A stretch of 64,000 nucleotides of DNA from an uncultured Acidobacteriota bacterium (GTDB lineage: Bacteria; Acidobacteriota; UBA6911), in contig CAWEJX010000001.1 in assembly GCA_963809485.1 (NCBI GenBank), positions 1-64,000 of the forward strand, read 5' to 3'. A program made the position numbers and the translations under genes. Positions 18,389-30,147 of the stretch are shown here, in pieces (the first letter of the stretch is position 1; the number at the start of each line of letters is the position of its first letter). A model generated the notes under the pieces. It was not told the DNA's origin, did not search any database, and was given only the letters and a program-made list of their open reading frames with translations.

Positions 18389-19378
18389 CTATTCCGCCTT
18401 GGGAGCAGGAACAGGCCTGCCCTCCGGGTCGAGCTTCATGCCGAAAGACAATCCCATTTCGGAAAGAATTTCTTTGATTTCGTTCAAGGACTTGCGTCCG
18501 AAGTTCTTGGTCTTCAGCATTTCCGCCTCGGTTTTCTGTACAAGCTCCCCGATGCTTTTGATATCGGCATTCTTGAGGCAGTTATAGGACCGCACCGAAA
18601 GCTCCAGTTCCTCCACGGAGCGTTTCAGGTTCTCATACATCCGTTCGGATTCCCGATCGACCTCTTCCTCCTCGGGCTCAGGCTCCTCCTCGAAGTTTAT
18701 GAAGATGAACATGTGGTCCTTGACGATCTTGGCAGCCTGAGCGACGGCGTCCTGGGGCGGGATACAGCCGTTGGTCCAGACGTCGAGAACGAGCTTGTCA
18801 TAGTCCGTGGTCTGGCCCAGGCGCGCGGCTTCGACGGCATAATTCACGCGCTTGATGGGCGAGTGGACGCTGTCGAGCGGAATGTATCCGATGGGCAGAT
18901 CCTCCTCGAAGTTTTCGTCCGCCTGAATGTACCCGCGCCCTCTTTTGATGCGCATCTCCATCTTGAGTTTGCCCCCTTCGCCGATGGTCGCGATGTGAAT
19001 ATTGGGGTCAAGGATCTCGACATCCGGGTCGGGCGTAATGCTGCCGGATGTCACCTCTCCCGGCTGATCCGACTCGAGGTAGATGGTTTTCGCATGATCC
19101 ACGTTGAGTTTGAGTGGAACCTGCTTCAGGTTCATGATGATATTGGTCGCATCCTCCGTCACGTTGGGGATAGGCGTGAATTCGTGAAGAACCCCTTCAA
19201 TCTTCACGGCAGTGATGGCCGCCCCCTCGATCGAGGACAACAGGACCCGGCGCAGCGCATTCCCGATGGTTGTGCCGAAACCTCTCTCGAAGGGCTGAGC
19301 AAAGAAGTGGCCGTATGTCGGACTCAAGGTCTCAAGATCGCAGATCAGTCTTTTCGGCTTTTGAAAAGCTTTAGTCAT
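18389..19378 (-). CDS. rpoA: RNA polymerase alpha subunit
   Basis: [42 protein letters not shown]. Confidence 0.98.
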   Translation of the reverse strand: MTKAFQKPKRLICDLETLSPTYGHFFAQPFERGFGTTIGNALRRVLLSSIEGAAITAVKIEGVLHEFTPIPNVTEDATNIIMNLKQVPLKLNVDHAKTIYLESDQPGEVTSGSITPDPDVEILDPNIHIATIGEGGKLKMEMRIKRGRGYIQADENFEEDLPIGYIPLDSVHSPIKRVNYAVEAARLGQTTDYDKLVLDVWTNGCIPPQDAVAQAAKIVKDHMFIFINFEEEPEPEEEEVDRESERMYENLKRSVEELELSVRSYNCLKNADIKSIGELVQKTEAEMLKTKNFGRKSLNEIKEILSEMGLSFGMKLDPEGRPVPAPKAE

Positions 19379-19404
19379 AGTTTTCCCCTTGCCTCATCTC
19401 TCTC

Positions 19405-20037
19405 TTACTTCGAATAGAGCTCCACGATGAGTTGCTCGTCAATAGGCATCTGGATGTCTTCACGCTTGGGCAAAGACGTCACAGTGCCCTTCAGGCTTTC
19501 CGAATCCAGTTCCAGCCAGGCCGGAACTCCGCCCCTGCCGCCAACCGTCCCGATGGAATCCAGTATCTGCTGATTCTTCCGGCTCCGTTCCTGAAGAGTG
19601 ATCACATCGCCGGCTTTGACCTGGGCGGATGCGATATTCACCCTTTTGCCGTTCACCAGGACGTGGCCATGGGTTACCAGTTGCCGGGCCTGGTCGCGCG
19701 AAGGCGCAAAGCCCAGGCGGCAGATGACATTGTCCAGGCGGCATTCCAGGCTTAAGAGCAGCGTCTCACCCGTAATCCCTTTTTTCTTTTCAGCTTTGGC
19801 AAAATAGTTAGCGAACTGGTTTTCGAGAACTCCGTAGATACGCTTCACCTTCTGCTTTTCGCGCAACTGCACCCCGTAACCCACGGTCTTGGGGCGATGG
19901 TCGCGGCCGTGCTGTCCCGGAGGGAAATTACGCTTCTCCACGGCACAGGTATCCCTGAAGCAGCGGTCGCCCTTGAGGAAGAGCTTCGTTCCTTCCCGGC
20001 GGCAAAGCCGGCATTTCGCGTCGCGGTATCTGGCCAA
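19405..20037 (-). CDS. rpsD: 30S ribosomal protein S4
   Basis: [34 protein letters not shown]. Confidence 0.98.
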   Translation of the reverse strand: MARYRDAKCRLCRREGTKLFLKGDRCFRDTCAVEKRNFPPGQHGRDHRPKTVGYGVQLREKQKVKRIYGVLENQFANYFAKAEKKKGITGETLLLSLECRLDNVICRLGFAPSRDQARQLVTHGHVLVNGKRVNIASAQVKAGDVITLQERSRKNQQILDSIGTVGGRGGVPAWLELDSESLKGTVTSLPKREDIQMPIDEQLIVELYSK

Positions 20038-20155
20038 TTTGTTGCTCCTTTTTCAATGACTCCATTCATTCTAGATTGCGAAGGACGGGTTGCGGACCGC
20101 GAATCCGGTCGCGAGGCATCCCCCCGCAACGCGTCATTCCTAATTCTATATCCGG

Positions 20156-20566
20156 TCACACGCGGCGCCTCTTGGACGGGCGACACCCATTGTGCGGGAT
20201 TGGCGTAATATCCCGAATGGCTTTGACCTCGAGGCCGGCACTCTGCAGAGCCCGGATGGCAGATTCCCGGCCGGCGCCCGGTCCCTTGAGCTGAACCTGC
20301 AGCGTGCGCATGCCGTATTCCTTGACGGCATTGGCGGCAATGGTGGCCGCCTGTTGCGCCGCAAACGGCGTCCCCTTGCGCGATCCTTTGAATCCCACGG
20401 CGCCGGCGCTCGACGTGGCCAGGAGATTGCCTTCCAGGTCGGTGATGCTGATAATCGTGTTGTTGAATGTCGCGAGGATGTGCGCGATTCCCGCCGGGAT
20501 GCTCAGCTTCTCCCGCTTCTTACCGGTCTTCCGTTTCGTGGTCTTTTTCTGTTGTTTCTCTGCCAT
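20156..20566 (-). CDS. rpsK: 30S ribosomal protein S11
   Basis: [27 protein letters not shown]. Confidence 0.98.
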   Translation of the reverse strand: MAEKQQKKTTKRKTGKKREKLSIPAGIAHILATFNNTIISITDLEGNLLATSSAGAVGFKGSRKGTPFAAQQAATIAANAVKEYGMRTLQVQLKGPGAGRESAIRALQSAGLEVKAIRDITPIPHNGCRPSKRRRV

Positions 20567-20588
20567 TTGTTACCTCAGCAAGCGTTCA

Positions 20589-20951
20589 CTACTTTTTGCC
20601 GACAATTCTTCGCGGGCCTTTTCGCGTCCGGGCGTTGGTATGGGTTCTCTGCCCTCGGACCGGCAGTCCCCGCCGGTGACGCAACCCCCGATAAGAACCG
20701 ATTTCCATGAGCCGTTTGATGTCCATGGAGACCGATTTGCGCAGGTCCCCTTCAACCATTCCATCTCTCTGGATGATATTCCGGATGCGCACCGCCTCAT
20801 CTTCGGTCAGATCCTTCACTTTGGTATTGATATCGATGGCGGCCTCCTGGCAAATCTTGGTAGCCCTGCTCTTGCCGATTCCAAAGATATAGGTCAGGCC
20901 TATCTGAACCCGCTTATTCAGCGGCAGATCCACTCCTGCGATTCTAGCCAA
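20589..20951 (-). CDS. rpsM: 30S ribosomal protein S13
   Basis: [26 protein letters not shown]. Confidence 0.98.
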   Translation of the reverse strand: MARIAGVDLPLNKRVQIGLTYIFGIGKSRATKICQEAAIDINTKVKDLTEDEAVRIRNIIQRDGMVEGDLRKSVSMDIKRLMEIGSYRGLRHRRGLPVRGQRTHTNARTRKGPRRIVGKK

Positions 20952-20965
20952 TTCTTACCTCCCTT

Positions 20966-21079
20966 TTAACCCTGACGCTGCTTGTGCTTAGGGTTGGAGC
21001 ACCTGATCTGGATCACTCCCTTGCGGCGCACGATCTTGCATTTGGTGCATATTTTCTTTACCGAAGCCCTAACTTTCAT
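20966..21079 (-). CDS. rpmJ: 50S ribosomal protein L36 (not in ORF track)
   Basis: hand translation [37 protein letters not shown]. Confidence 0.97.
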   Translation of the reverse strand: MKVRASVKKICTKCKIVRRKGVIQIRCSNPKHKQRQG

Positions 21080-21092
21080 ATAGAGATCCTAC

Positions 21093-21311
21093 TTACTTGT
21101 ACCTGTAAACAATTCGCCCCCGCGACAGATCATAGGGAGAAAGCTCAACCAGGATCTTGTCACCCGGCAGGATACGAATAAAGTTTTTGCGCATTTTGCC
21201 CGAAACGTGCGCCAGCACCACGTGCTTGTTTTCCAGCTCGACCCGGAACATGGCATTGGGCAGCGTTTCAATCACAGTCCCCACAACCTCGATTGCATCC
21301 TCTTTAGCCAT
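21093..21311 (-). CDS. infA: translation initiation factor IF-1
   Basis: [27 protein letters not shown]. Confidence 0.98.
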   Translation of the reverse strand: MAKEDAIEVVGTVIETLPNAMFRVELENKHVVLAHVSGKMRKNFIRILPGDKILVELSPYDLSRGRIVYRYK

Positions 21312-21411
21312 ATTACCTATGGACGAATTACGAAGGACGAAAGACGAAGGAAAGCGCCATGCGCCGGCAAAACGGCAACGTTATGGCCTTTGGGATTCTC
21401 TTCGCAATCCG

Positions 21412-22074
21412 TCATAGGTAACTCGCGACTATGTTCATGATGGACCTGGAAATTTCATCAACAGGTCTATCCCCATTCACTTCGACGTACGCCGTCTGGC
21501 CCTGGTAATGCTGAATCAGCGGCCGGGTTGTTTTGTGATACACCTGGAGCCGCTCCGCGATCACCTCGGCTTTATCATCCTTGCGCTGCACCAGCGCTGT
21601 CCGGCATTCATCGCACTGCCCCGCAGCCTTGTCCGGATCGAGATTGGCGTTGAACATCTTGCCGCATTTCGGGCATGTCCAGCGGGAAGACAGGCGGCCA
21701 ATCAGGACGCCATCGTCCACATCCACCGCTATCGTCAGGATCCGCGTGCCGTCCTTGCTCAACAATGCCTGCAGGCACTCCGCCTGCGGAATCGTCCTCG
21801 GATATCCGTCCAGGATGAATCCGCGGTCGCAATCCTTCCGGGCGAGGCGTTCGGCCACAATTGCATCCACGAGCTCATCGGGAACCAGAGTCCCGGCCTC
21901 CATATAGGCCTGGGCTTTCCTCCCGAGTTCCGTCCGATTTTTCAGTGCCTCGCGCAGTATATCCCCTGTCGAGACATGAGGAATCTTCAAGGCCTCGCTC
22001 ATCATCCGCGCCTGGGTCCCCTTTCCGGCCCCCGGCGGCCCCAGCATAATAATCGCCAACCTCTGATAATTCAT
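21412..22074 (-). CDS. adk: adenylate kinase (Zn-LID type)
   Basis: GPPGAGKGTQA, STGDILR, LDGYPRT, CPKC..CDEC. Confidence 0.96.
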   Translation of the reverse strand: MNYQRLAIIMLGPPGAGKGTQARMMSEALKIPHVSTGDILREALKNRTELGRKAQAYMEAGTLVPDELVDAIVAERLARKDCDRGFILDGYPRTIPQAECLQALLSKDGTRILTIAVDVDDGVLIGRLSSRWTCPKCGKMFNANLDPDKAAGQCDECRTALVQRKDDKAEVIAERLQVYHKTTRPLIQHYQGQTAYVEVNGDRPVDEISRSIMNIVASYL

Positions 22075-22153
22075 TCTTGCCTGTTCACGATTCAGGGTCC
22101 ACGATTCAGAGTGTCGTCTGCCTCTATTCGTCAATCGTCAATCGTCAATCCCT

Positions 22154-23569
22154 TTAGCCTCTCCGGCCGCGAATTCTTCCCTTCTTCAGGAAGCCGTCAT
22201 AATGGCGCATGATCAGCTGGGATTCGATCTGCTGAATGGTATCCATGGCCACACCGACGACGATCAGGAGGGACGTGCCGCCGAAATAAAACGTTACACC
22301 CAATCCTGTGGTGATCCAACTCAAGCCTGCCGAGTTCAGGAAATCGTCGAGCTTCGGGCCTATCCAGGGAAGCGGCTGGACCTTGAAGCCCGTAATCAGG
22401 AATTCCGGAAGGAGGCAGATAAGCACCAGGTAAATCGATCCGGCGAGAGTGAGCCGGCTCAAAATCCGGTCGATATATTCCGCGGTTCTCCGCCCCGGCC
22501 GGATGCCCGGAATGTAGCCTCCATATTTGCGGATGTTGTCCGCAACTTCCATGGGATTGAAAATGATGCTGACGTAAAAGAAACAGAAAAATATGATCCC
22601 CACGATGTACAGGAGATTATACAGCGGCATCCCCTGGGCAAGCTGCGCCGCCAGGCTGCTCATGAAAGTATTCGGCATCACGGCACCCAGGGTCGAAGGA
22701 ATCGAGACGATGGAAGCCGCAAAAATGACCGGTATCACACCGCCCGAGTTTACTCTCAGCGGCAGGTGCGTCGCCTGTCCGCCATAAACCTTGCGTCCGA
22801 CGACGCGTTTGGCATACTGCACCGGGATTTTCCTTTGTCCCCGTTCCACAAACACGACGGCCGCGACGACCACCACCATCACCACGACCAGCAGGATCAC
22901 GGTAAAGATGGACCAGGTGCGCTGCTGGACGTTTACCCAGATATTTTGGATAGCCGTCGGAAGGCCCACCACGATGCCCGCGAAAATGATCAAACTGATG
23001 CCGTTGCCGATTCCCCGCTCGGTGATCTGCTCCCCGATCCACATAATGAAGGCGGTGCCGGTGGTCAGGGTAATCATCACCATGAAACGGAATCCCCAGC
23101 CCGGTTCCGACACTATCTGGGCGCCGGTCCCTCCCCCGGAGCGCTCCAGGGCGACAGCCGTCATGAACCCCTGGAAGAGGGTAAGCGCGACGGTCAGGTA
23201 GCGGGTGTACTGGGTGATCTTTTTGCGTCCCAGTTCGCCTTCTTTGGAGAGCTTTTCCAGATAAGGCACGACAACAGTCGCCAGCTGGAGAATAATGGAT
23301 GCCGTGATATAGGGCATAATGCCCAGGGCAAAAATGCTGAAGCGCCGCAGCGCGCCGCCTGTAAATATATCCAAAAAACCAAAGATCGTGCCCGATTGTG
23401 ATTGAAAGAGTTGCTCCAGCGCATCGCTATTTATACCCGGCGTCGGGATAAATGCGCCGATGCGGTACACAGCCAGCAGACCGAGCATGAACAGAACTCG
23501 CTTGCGCAGGTCCGGGATGCTGAAAATGTTTTGTATGGAACTGAAAATCGGACTTCTTTCTTCCGGCAT
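22154..23569 (-). CDS. secY: preprotein translocase SecY
   Basis: SIFALGIMPYITASII, GIGNGISLII, PGIRPG, GGTSLLI. Confidence 0.98.
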   Translation of the reverse strand: MPEERSPIFSSIQNIFSIPDLRKRVLFMLGLLAVYRIGAFIPTPGINSDALEQLFQSQSGTIFGFLDIFTGGALRRFSIFALGIMPYITASIILQLATVVVPYLEKLSKEGELGRKKITQYTRYLTVALTLFQGFMTAVALERSGGGTGAQIVSEPGWGFRFMVMITLTTGTAFIMWIGEQITERGIGNGISLIIFAGIVVGLPTAIQNIWVNVQQRTWSIFTVILLVVVMVVVVAAVVFVERGQRKIPVQYAKRVVGRKVYGGQATHLPLRVNSGGVIPVIFAASIVSIPSTLGAVMPNTFMSSLAAQLAQGMPLYNLLYIVGIIFFCFFYVSIIFNPMEVADNIRKYGGYIPGIRPGRRTAEYIDRILSRLTLAGSIYLVLICLLPEFLITGFKVQPLPWIGPKLDDFLNSAGLSWITTGLGVTFYFGGTSLLIVVGVAMDTIQQIESQLIMRHYDGFLKKGRIRGRRG

Positions 23570-23661
23570 CGTCTTTCAGAACCTCAAAGACTTGTAAGTT
23601 CCAGCCCCCGCGGACTCCGTGTCCCGGGGAGTTTGTGATCCAGCTCTTTTACCCCTTGTGC

Positions 23662-24108
23662 TTATGCGATGACCTCAATGGCGCCGCCCGCCTTCTGAAT
23701 CTTTTCCGCGGCGCTCTTGCTGAACTTGTGCGCGCGAACCGTAAGGGCATGCGGCAATTCGCCAACTCCGAGAATCTTCACTCCATCCCGGAGGTTCTTG
23801 ATGATGCCACGTTCCTTCAGCGCCTCCGGGGTCACCTGCGCGCCCGCCTCGAATCCCGCGAGCTTTTCCAGGTTGACCGCGGCGTATTCCTTGCGGAAGA
23901 TGTTGTTGAATCCGCGCTTCGGCAGACGGCGATGCAGCGGCATCTGCCCCCCCTCAAAGCCCGGGCGCATTCTGGTACCCGCGCGCGACAGCTGACCATT
24001 GTAGCCGCGCGTCGATGTCTTACTGTGTCCCGACCCGATTCCCCGGCCAACCCGCTTTCTCTTGCGGTTGGCTCCCGGTGCCGGCTTCAATTCATTCATG
24101 CTTAACAT
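23662..24108 (-). CDS. rplO: 50S ribosomal protein L15
   Basis: [26 protein letters not shown]. Confidence 0.97.
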   Translation of the reverse strand: MLSMNELKPAPGANRKRKRVGRGIGSGHSKTSTRGYNGQLSRAGTRMRPGFEGGQMPLHRRLPKRGFNNIFRKEYAAVNLEKLAGFEAGAQVTPEALKERGIIKNLRDGVKILGVGELPHALTVRAHKFSKSAAEKIQKAGGAIEVIA

Positions 24109-24163
24109 AGTCGTTTGCCTTTTGAGAAACGGCCGCTGCAGGGGGGCCAATGGCCCTACGTTC

Positions 24164-24379
24164 CTACGGCTCGCTGAGAATCCTGAACAAATGAGGCGCC
24201 TGCGCAACCATTCCTCGCACCGCAGGGGTATCCACCCGGCTCACCACCTGGTTGAGGCGCTTAAAGCCCAGGCTTTTGACAATCATTTTGTGCTTTTTGG
24301 GCGCCGCGATCGCGCTGCGATAATACTGAATTTTCAACAGCGCACCGCCTTCGGGTACCGATTTCTTTTTGGATGCCAT
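24164..24379 (-). CDS. rpmD: 50S ribosomal protein L30
   Basis: RSAI..SLG..L...DTPAVRGM; position between rpsE and rplO. Confidence 0.92.
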   Translation of the reverse strand: MASKKKSVPEGGALLKIQYYRSAIAAPKKHKMIVKSLGFKRLNQVVSRVDTPAVRGMVAQAPHLFRILSEP

Positions 24380-24382
24380 CGC

Positions 24383-24877
24383 CTATAATTCCTCGACTTG
24401 TCTTCCGCGCAGTTTCGCGACTTCCCCGGGTTCCCTCAATCTTTTCAAGCCGTCGAAGGTTGCCTTGACGACATTATGAGGGTTCGTGCTGCCAAGGGAT
24501 TTCGTGAGGATATTGGAAATTCCGGCAGACTCGACCACAGCCCGCACAGGACCGCCGGCGATCACGCCGGTGCCTTCCGAGGCCGGCTTGAGGATCACGC
24601 GTCCGGCTCCGTACCTGCCCAGGATGACGTGGGGAATCGTTCGTCCCTTGAGCGGGATGCGGATCATGTTCTTGCGCGCCTGTTCGACGCCTTTCTTGAT
24701 GGCCTGAGGCACTTCCTTGGCTTTCCCCATGCCGTAGCCGACTTGCCCGTTCTGGTCGCCGACAACCACGAGAGCGCTGAAACTCAGGTTTTTCCCTCCC
24801 TTGACGACTTTCGTCACGCGGTTGATGGAAACGACCTGGTCTTTAAATTCCTGCGCATTCGGATCGATCTTATCCAA
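24383..24877 (-). CDS. rpsE: 30S ribosomal protein S5
   Basis: [26 protein letters not shown]; TTG start after GGAGG. Confidence 0.97.
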   Translation of the reverse strand: MDKIDPNAQEFKDQVVSINRVTKVVKGGKNLSFSALVVVGDQNGQVGYGMGKAKEVPQAIKKGVEQARKNMIRIPLKGRTIPHVILGRYGAGRVILKPASEGTGVIAGGPVRAVVESAGISNILTKSLGSTNPHNVVKATFDGLKRLREPGEVAKLRGRQVEEL

Positions 24878-24935
24878 GCTTCCTCCAATTTGATTTTCAG
24901 GGGCTGCAGCCGTGCGCCCCCGCAATCCTTTTCAC

Positions 24936-25304
24936 CTAAAACTTCAATCCCGACTCCCGGGCCGCTTCGGCGATCGCCTTGATGCGGCCATGATAGAGGT
25001 ACCCTCCCCGGTCGAAAACCACAGACTCGATTCCTTTGGCCCTGGCCCGCTCGGCAATAGCTTTGCCCACTCGTTTGGAAGCCTCAATGTTTCCGCCGCT
25101 TTTCAGATCTCCCAGGACGCTCTTTTCCGCCGTGGATGCGGCGGCCAGGGTTTTCCCCTGCGAATCATCCACTATCTGGGCGTAAAGGTATTTTGAACTG
25201 CGGTACACGCAAAGCCTGGGACGCGTTGGCGTGCCGGTGATTTTCACCCGGATTCTCCTGTGTATCCTGCTACGTTCCCTGGAACGGTCGACTGGACTAA
25301 TCAT
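24936..25304 (-). CDS. rplR: 50S ribosomal protein L18
   Basis: [20 protein letters not shown]. Confidence 0.97.
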   Translation of the reverse strand: MISPVDRSRERSRIHRRIRVKITGTPTRPRLCVYRSSKYLYAQIVDDSQGKTLAAASTAEKSVLGDLKSGGNIEASKRVGKAIAERARAKGIESVVFDRGGYLYHGRIKAIAEAARESGLKF

Positions 25305-25864
25305 TATGCACCCTTCTTCCCGACTTTAAGCCGGACAGTCTCGGAAGCGTACCGGAGGCCCTTCCCTTTGTATGCATCCGGCCTTCTCAAGGATCGGATA
25401 TCGGCGGCAACCTGCCCTACGAGCTGCTTATCCGGGCCCGAAATCGTCAAGGTGGCCACGTAGTTCTGAATGCCCTTGCTCTGCTTTTCGACCTTCACGC
25501 TAATCCCGGGGGGAATAGGGAACTCTATAGGATGCGAGTAGCCAAGAGTGAGAGTCACAGCCTTGGGTTTTGCCTCGACCTTGTAGCCGATCCCGACCAG
25601 GTCCAGATCCTTGGAAAAACCCTCGGTGACTCCTCGAATGCAGTTCGCCGCCAGCGCGCGAGCCAACCCGTGGTACGCGGGATAGGGCTTCTCATTCGAA
25701 TCCCGGACGGCCGTCAGCGTATCCCCATTCAATTCGAATCGAATTCCGGGCGGTATCGGGGCCGACAGCTTGGCCTTGCTGCCCTCGATCGAAAGCTGGC
25801 CGTCACGGATGATCACCTTGACTCCGCTCGGCACTTTGATCGGTTTTTTTCCTATTCGCGACAT
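25304..25864 (-). CDS. rplF: 50S ribosomal protein L6
   Basis: [23 protein letters not shown]. Confidence 0.97.
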   Translation of the reverse strand: MSRIGKKPIKVPSGVKVIIRDGQLSIEGSKAKLSAPIPPGIRFELNGDTLTAVRDSNEKPYPAYHGLARALAANCIRGVTEGFSKDLDLVGIGYKVEAKPKAVTLTLGYSHPIEFPIPPGISVKVEKQSKGIQNYVATLTISGPDKQLVGQVAADIRSLRRPDAYKGKGLRYASETVRLKVGKKGA

Positions 25865-25955
25865 AAAGCACCTTTCAAGATTCAAGATTCGTGACTGGAA
25901 ATCGTGAAAACCGCTTTCCATCCCGAATCCCGAATTTCGAATCTAATTCGAAATC

Positions 25956-26354
25956 TCAGCTGATGGTGCAGAGCACCTCTCCGCCTAATCCCTTCTCCTG
26001 CGCCCGCTTGCCTGTAAAAATCCCCTGGGACGTGGAAAGGATGCAAATTCCCAACCCCCCCAGTACAGAGGGAATCTCGGCTTTACCGGCGAAAACCCTG
26101 CAGCCGGGACGGCTTATCCTGTCCAGGGACGAGATCACCGGACTCCTGCCCGCTCCGTAGCGAAGCTGGATACGGATGATTCCCTGCTTGTTGTCCTGGA
26201 CCAGGCTGTGGCCGGAAATATATCCCTCTTCCTTCAAGATACGCGTTATCTCAAGCTTCAGCTTGGACGAGGGCACATCGACGGTTTCGTGTTTCGCCTG
26301 GCTGGCATTTCGAATCCGCGTCAGAAGGTCGGACACGGGATCGGTCATTGTCAT
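25956..26354 (-). CDS. rpsH: 30S ribosomal protein S8
   Basis: MTDPVSDLLTRIRNA, ISRPG, GGEVLC. Confidence 0.97.
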   Translation of the reverse strand: MTMTDPVSDLLTRIRNASQAKHETVDVPSSKLKLEITRILKEEGYISGHSLVQDNKQGIIRIQLRYGAGRSPVISSLDRISRPGCRVFAGKAEIPSVLGGLGICILSTSQGIFTGKRAQEKGLGGEVLCTIS

Positions 26355-26451
26355 GATCAACTCTCCAACAAAAAAATTTGCGATTGGCCAATAACGGTAG
26401 AAACTCGCCGACGTCTGCTTTCAACCGTCATTCGTAAATCGTCAATTCGGT

Positions 26452-26637
26452 TCACCAGCTCGATTTGGTGACTCCGGGTATTTCACCCGACAGCGCCAGA
26501 GATCGGAAACAAAGGCGACAGAGCTGAAATTTCCGGTAATATCCGCGCGACCGGCCGCAACGGAGACAGCGATTATGCGCACGCACCGAAAATTTGGGCG
26601 TCCGTCTGGCTTTGGCTTTCATACAGGTTCTTGCCAC
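26452..26637 (-). CDS. rpsN: 30S ribosomal protein S14, type Z
   Basis: GTG start; [25 protein letters not shown]. Confidence 0.96.
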   Translation of the reverse strand: MARTCMKAKARRTPKFSVRAHNRCLRCGRSRGYYRKFQLCRLCFRSLALSGEIPGVTKSSW

Positions 26638-26683
26638 AGTAACTCCCGTCCGCAGTTCCGGCGCAAGGCCGGATTTCAGTTCC

Positions 26684-27235
26684 CTATTGCTGGCCCTTCT
26701 TGGCAAAGGGCATTCCCAAAATTCTTAAAAGCTCAAATGCTTCGTCATCGGTATTGGCAGTCGTGACGATCGTGATATTCATGCCGCGCGCCTTGTCCAC
26801 CTTGCCGTAATCGATCTCGGGAAAAATCAGCTGATCTCTCTGGCCGAGAGTGTAATTTCCCCGTCCATCGAAAGATCGCGGGGAGACCCCGCGAAAGTCC
26901 CGGACGCGGGGCAGGGCGATGCTGATGAGACGGTCGAGGAACTCAAACATGCGGTCGCCGCGCAGCGTCACCGTGACCCCGATAGGCATTCCCTGGCGCA
27001 GCTTGAAGGCCGCGATGGATTTCTTGGCTTTCGTGATCACCGGATGCTGGCCCGTGATCGCGGCAAGCTCCTCGGCGGCGACATCAAGCAATTTGGCATT
27101 GGAGATGGCTTCGCCCAAACCCATGTTGACATTAATTTTTACAAGTTTCGGTGCCGCCATTACGTTCCTGTACCCAAAATGCTTCATCAAGGCAGGTACG
27201 GCTTCCGTCTTGTATAATTCCCGAAGTCTACTCAT
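26684..27235 (-). CDS. rplE: 50S ribosomal protein L5
   Basis: [21 protein letters not shown]. Confidence 0.97.
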   Translation of the reverse strand: MSRLRELYKTEAVPALMKHFGYRNVMAAPKLVKINVNMGLGEAISNAKLLDVAAEELAAITGQHPVITKAKKSIAAFKLRQGMPIGVTVTLRGDRMFEFLDRLISIALPRVRDFRGVSPRSFDGRGNYTLGQRDQLIFPEIDYGKVDKARGMNITIVTTANTDDEAFELLRILGMPFAKKGQQ

Positions 27236-27264
27236 GATCTGACCTTTCAAACCCTGACGTGCGT

Positions 27265-27591
27265 CTACTCATCCAAAAGCTCGTTGCAGTTCTTGCATAT
27301 CCGGACCTTCCGGCCGTCCTGCATGATGCTGAAGCCGACCCGTGCGTGTTTGTTGCACCGCTTGCAGACAACCATCAGGTTGGATATATGAACCGGGGAT
27401 TCCTTCGGCAGGATTCCGCCCTTGACGTTCTTTTGCGGATTGGGCCGGGTGTGCTTCTGAATATAGTTCAAACCCTCAACGACCGCCCGATCCTTGTCCA
27501 GGAACACCTTGAGCACCTTTCCTGTTTTGCCCCGGTCTTTTCCGGACAGTACGTAAACCGTATCATTCTTCTTTATATGCACTCTGGACAT
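27265..27591 (-). CDS. rplX: 50S ribosomal protein L24
   Basis: IKKNDTV.V.SGKDRGK.GKV (KOW), HISN. Confidence 0.97.
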   Translation of the reverse strand: MSRVHIKKNDTVYVLSGKDRGKTGKVLKVFLDKDRAVVEGLNYIQKHTRPNPQKNVKGGILPKESPVHISNLMVVCKRCNKHARVGFSIMQDGRKVRICKNCNELLDE

Positions 27592-27617
27592 CGGATTCTG
27601 TCCTCTTTCCACCGCTG

Positions 27618-27986
27618 CTAGAGCACTTCAGGCGCCAGCGAAACGATTTTCAAAAAGTCCCTGTCCCTCAATTCCCGACTGACGGGACCGAAAACGCGTG
27701 TTCCAATGGGTTCCTTCTGGTCATTGATGAGTACCGCGGCATTGTCATCAAAGCGTATATAAGTGCCATCCTTGCGCCGGTATTCCTTGCGCGTCCTTAC
27801 GATAACGGCCTTGACCACCTGGCCTTTCTTAACGGTGCCGTCGGGAGACGCTTCCTTCACGTTCGCCGTAATGATGTCTCCCAGAGACGCAACGCGCCCT
27901 ACCTGGTTGCCCAATGCGTGAATGCAGGAGATCTTTCGAGCCCCCGAATTATCCGCAACATCCAAAATCGTTCTCATCTGTATCAT
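27618..27986 (-). CDS. rplN: 50S ribosomal protein L14
   Basis: [29 protein letters not shown]. Confidence 0.98.
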   Translation of the reverse strand: MIQMRTILDVADNSGARKISCIHALGNQVGRVASLGDIITANVKEASPDGTVKKGQVVKAVIVRTRKEYRRKDGTYIRFDDNAAVLINDQKEPIGTRVFGPVSRELRDRDFLKIVSLAPEVL

Positions 27987-28073
27987 GATGACCCTCAATT
28001 CATTGACGATTTGCGATTGAAGACGGGAAACCGCGCCTGATGTCGTCGCTCGTCCCTCGCACATTCGAAACCG

Positions 28074-28349
28074 TCAATCCGCACCAGCGGCACTCGTCAG
28101 TTTTTCGACTACTCGCCATCTCTTGCGCGCACTCAGCGGGCGTGTTTCGACAATGCGCACCCTGTCCCCGACCTTGCAGGATTCATTTTCATCATGCGCC
28201 AGGAATTTCGAGGTCTTTCGCTGAATCTTCTTGTACAGGGGGTGCTGCACCAGCCTGTCGACGGCAACGGTTACCGTCTTCTGCATGGCAGTGCTGGTTA
28301 CGGTGCCAACCTGGCTTTTGCGAATTCCCCTTTTTTGCTCAGTACCCAT
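28074..28349 (-). CDS. rpsQ: 30S ribosomal protein S17
   Basis: MQKTVTV, HPLYKK, ETRPLS..KRW. Confidence 0.97.
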   Translation of the reverse strand: MGTEQKRGIRKSQVGTVTSTAMQKTVTVAVDRLVQHPLYKKIQRKTSKFLAHDENESCKVGDRVRIVETRPLSARKRWRVVEKLTSAAGAD

Positions 28350-28362
28350 TCTTTCCTCTTCA

Positions 28363-28437
28363 AAATTACGAATGACGGGTTACGAAATCCAGGAACATTG
28401 GATTTCATCCGTCATTCGTAATTCGCCATTCGTCATT
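28363..28437. repeat. inverted heptamer-repeat hairpin between rpmC and rpsQ
   Basis: ATTACGA-ATGACGG-GTTACGA ... CCGTCAT-TCGTAAT-TCGCCAT-TCGTCAT; overlaps the rpmC stop codon. Confidence 0.8.
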
Positions 28438-28627
28438 TGATGGATCCCATTTCCTTCAGGATCGTCTGTATACGGGCGATGTCCCTTCGGATGCCTCTCA
28501 TCTTGGGCGCGCTCTCCAGCTGGCCCGCCGCGGTTTGGAAACGGAGTCTGAGAAGCTGCTTGCGCAGTTCGGATTCTTCCAGTATCAAGTCTTCCTTGGA
28601 CATGTCCCTCATCTTGGAAGCCTTCAT
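28433..28627 (-). CDS. rpmC: 50S ribosomal protein L29
   Basis: [17 protein letters not shown]. Confidence 0.95.
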   Translation of the reverse strand: MKASKMRDMSKEDLILEESELRKQLLRLRFQTAAGQLESAPKMRGIRRDIARIQTILKEMGSIK

Positions 28628-29046
28628 ACGTCCTCCTTCCCAAATCTCTTCACAAACTTGGACTTGACACACAATTTGTGTCCGGCGAGCCGCATCGCTT
28701 CCTGCGCTTGATCTTCCGGTATCCCTTCCATCTCATAGAGGATCTTCCCGGGCCGGACCACTGCAACCCATCCCTCGGGGGCTCCTTTGCCTTTCCCCAT
28801 ACGGGTTTCGGCGGGTTTCTTGGTGATCGGTTTGTCCGGGAATACGCGGATCCAGATTTTGCCGCCTCGTTTCACAAACCGGGTGATGGCGACGCGCCCC
28901 GCCTCGATCTGGCGGTCGCTGACCCATCCGGTCTCCATGGCTTTCAATCCATATTCCCCGAAGGTCACTTCGGAGCCCCGCCACGCTTTACCCCGCCGTT
29001 TTCCCTTCTGCTGCTTGCGATACTTGACTTTTTTCGGCATCAACAT
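28624..29046 (-). CDS. rplP: 50S ribosomal protein L16
   Basis: [23 protein letters not shown]. Confidence 0.98.
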   Translation of the reverse strand: MLMPKKVKYRKQQKGKRRGKAWRGSEVTFGEYGLKAMETGWVSDRQIEAGRVAITRFVKRGGKIWIRVFPDKPITKKPAETRMGKGKGAPEGWVAVVRPGKILYEMEGIPEDQAQEAMRLAGHKLCVKSKFVKRFGKEDV

Positions 29047-29066
29047 AATTCAAAAACTCCTGGAGG

Positions 29067-29717
29067 CTACCGGGCCTTTTCAGGCTTCTGCATTTCGAAA
29101 ACCTCGCCCTTATAAATCCAGACCTTTATGCCAATCTGGCCGTAAGTGGTCCTCGCTTCGGCAAATCCGTAATCGACGTCGGCACGAATCGTATGCAACG
29201 GAAGCTGGCCGCTCAGATACCATTCTGTGCGCGCGATTTCGGCGCCGTTCAGGCGCCCGGAGCAGCGCACCTTGATTCCTTTTGCGCCGAAGCGCAGGGT
29301 ACCGTCGACGGCGCGGCGCATGGCGCGCCTGAAGGCGATGCGCTTTTCGAGCTGCTGGGCAATCCCTTCGGACACCAGCTGCGAGTCCAGCTCGGGTTTG
29401 TTCACTTCCTGGATCTTCAGGTTAACGTCTCTTCCGGTCAGCAGCTGGAGATCCTTTTTCAGCTTCTCTATTTCGGTTCCCTTTTTGCCGACGATGATTC
29501 CCGGCCGAGAAGTGAAAATAATGATGGTCAACTTATTCGCCGCCCGCTCCACCTCGATGCGCGAAATTCCGGCATGCGCAAACTTCTTCTTGAGCATGGT
29601 TTTGAGGCGAAGGTCTTCGTGAAGCAGCGCACCGTAATCCTTTCTGGCAAACCACCGGGACCGCCACGTTCTGTTAACGCCTAATCTGAAACCGTAAGGA
29701 TGAACTTTCTGACCCAC
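29067..29717 (-). CDS. rpsC: 30S ribosomal protein S3
   Basis: [25 protein letters not shown]. Confidence 0.98.
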   Translation of the reverse strand: MGQKVHPYGFRLGVNRTWRSRWFARKDYGALLHEDLRLKTMLKKKFAHAGISRIEVERAANKLTIIIFTSRPGIIVGKKGTEIEKLKKDLQLLTGRDVNLKIQEVNKPELDSQLVSEGIAQQLEKRIAFRRAMRRAVDGTLRFGAKGIKVRCSGRLNGAEIARTEWYLSGQLPLHTIRADVDYGFAEARTTYGQIGIKVWIYKGEVFEMQKPEKAR

Positions 29718-29728
29718 GGATTACCTCC

Positions 29729-30085
29729 CTACTCTTCCTCTATATCCTTGCCCTTGATAAGAATGCTCACATGCTTGTAGCGGCGCTGCTGGCGGTAGGC
29801 CCGGCCCATAGGGGCGGGGCGGACACGCCGGCGGAATTTTGTGGGCCCGGTGTCAACCACAGCGCGATCCACGATGAACATGTCTACATCGGCTGCCGCG
29901 TTTTTCTCCTTGGCATTGGCCACGGCCGAGAGCAGCACCTTCTCGATCGGTTTGGTGGCCCGCTTATTGGTTAAACGGAGAATGGCCAACGCATCCTGAA
30001 CGTTCTTTCCGCGTATGAGATCGATGACCAGCCGGGCTTTCTGCGGCGATCCTCTCAAGTATTTGCCTTTTGCTGTCGCTTCCAT
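29729..30085 (-). CDS. rplV: 50S ribosomal protein L22
   Basis: SPQKARLVIDLIRGK, SAVANA, PAPMGRA. Confidence 0.97.
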   Translation of the reverse strand: MEATAKGKYLRGSPQKARLVIDLIRGKNVQDALAILRLTNKRATKPIEKVLLSAVANAKEKNAAADVDMFIVDRAVVDTGPTKFRRRVRPAPMGRAYRQQRRYKHVSILIKGKDIEEE

Positions 30086-30147
30086 ATCCCTCTAGTTCCA
30101 GATTCGAGATTCGAATTCCGAAAACAATCCCGAATCCCGAATCCTTT

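Noticed and set aside
18200-19417. Long antisense ORFs over rpoA, and similarly over secY (22202-23401), PBP1A (40681-41754), hcp (49215-50363) and thrC (53553-54542)
   Set aside because: Shadow frames of GC-rich conserved genes, with no recognisable motifs.
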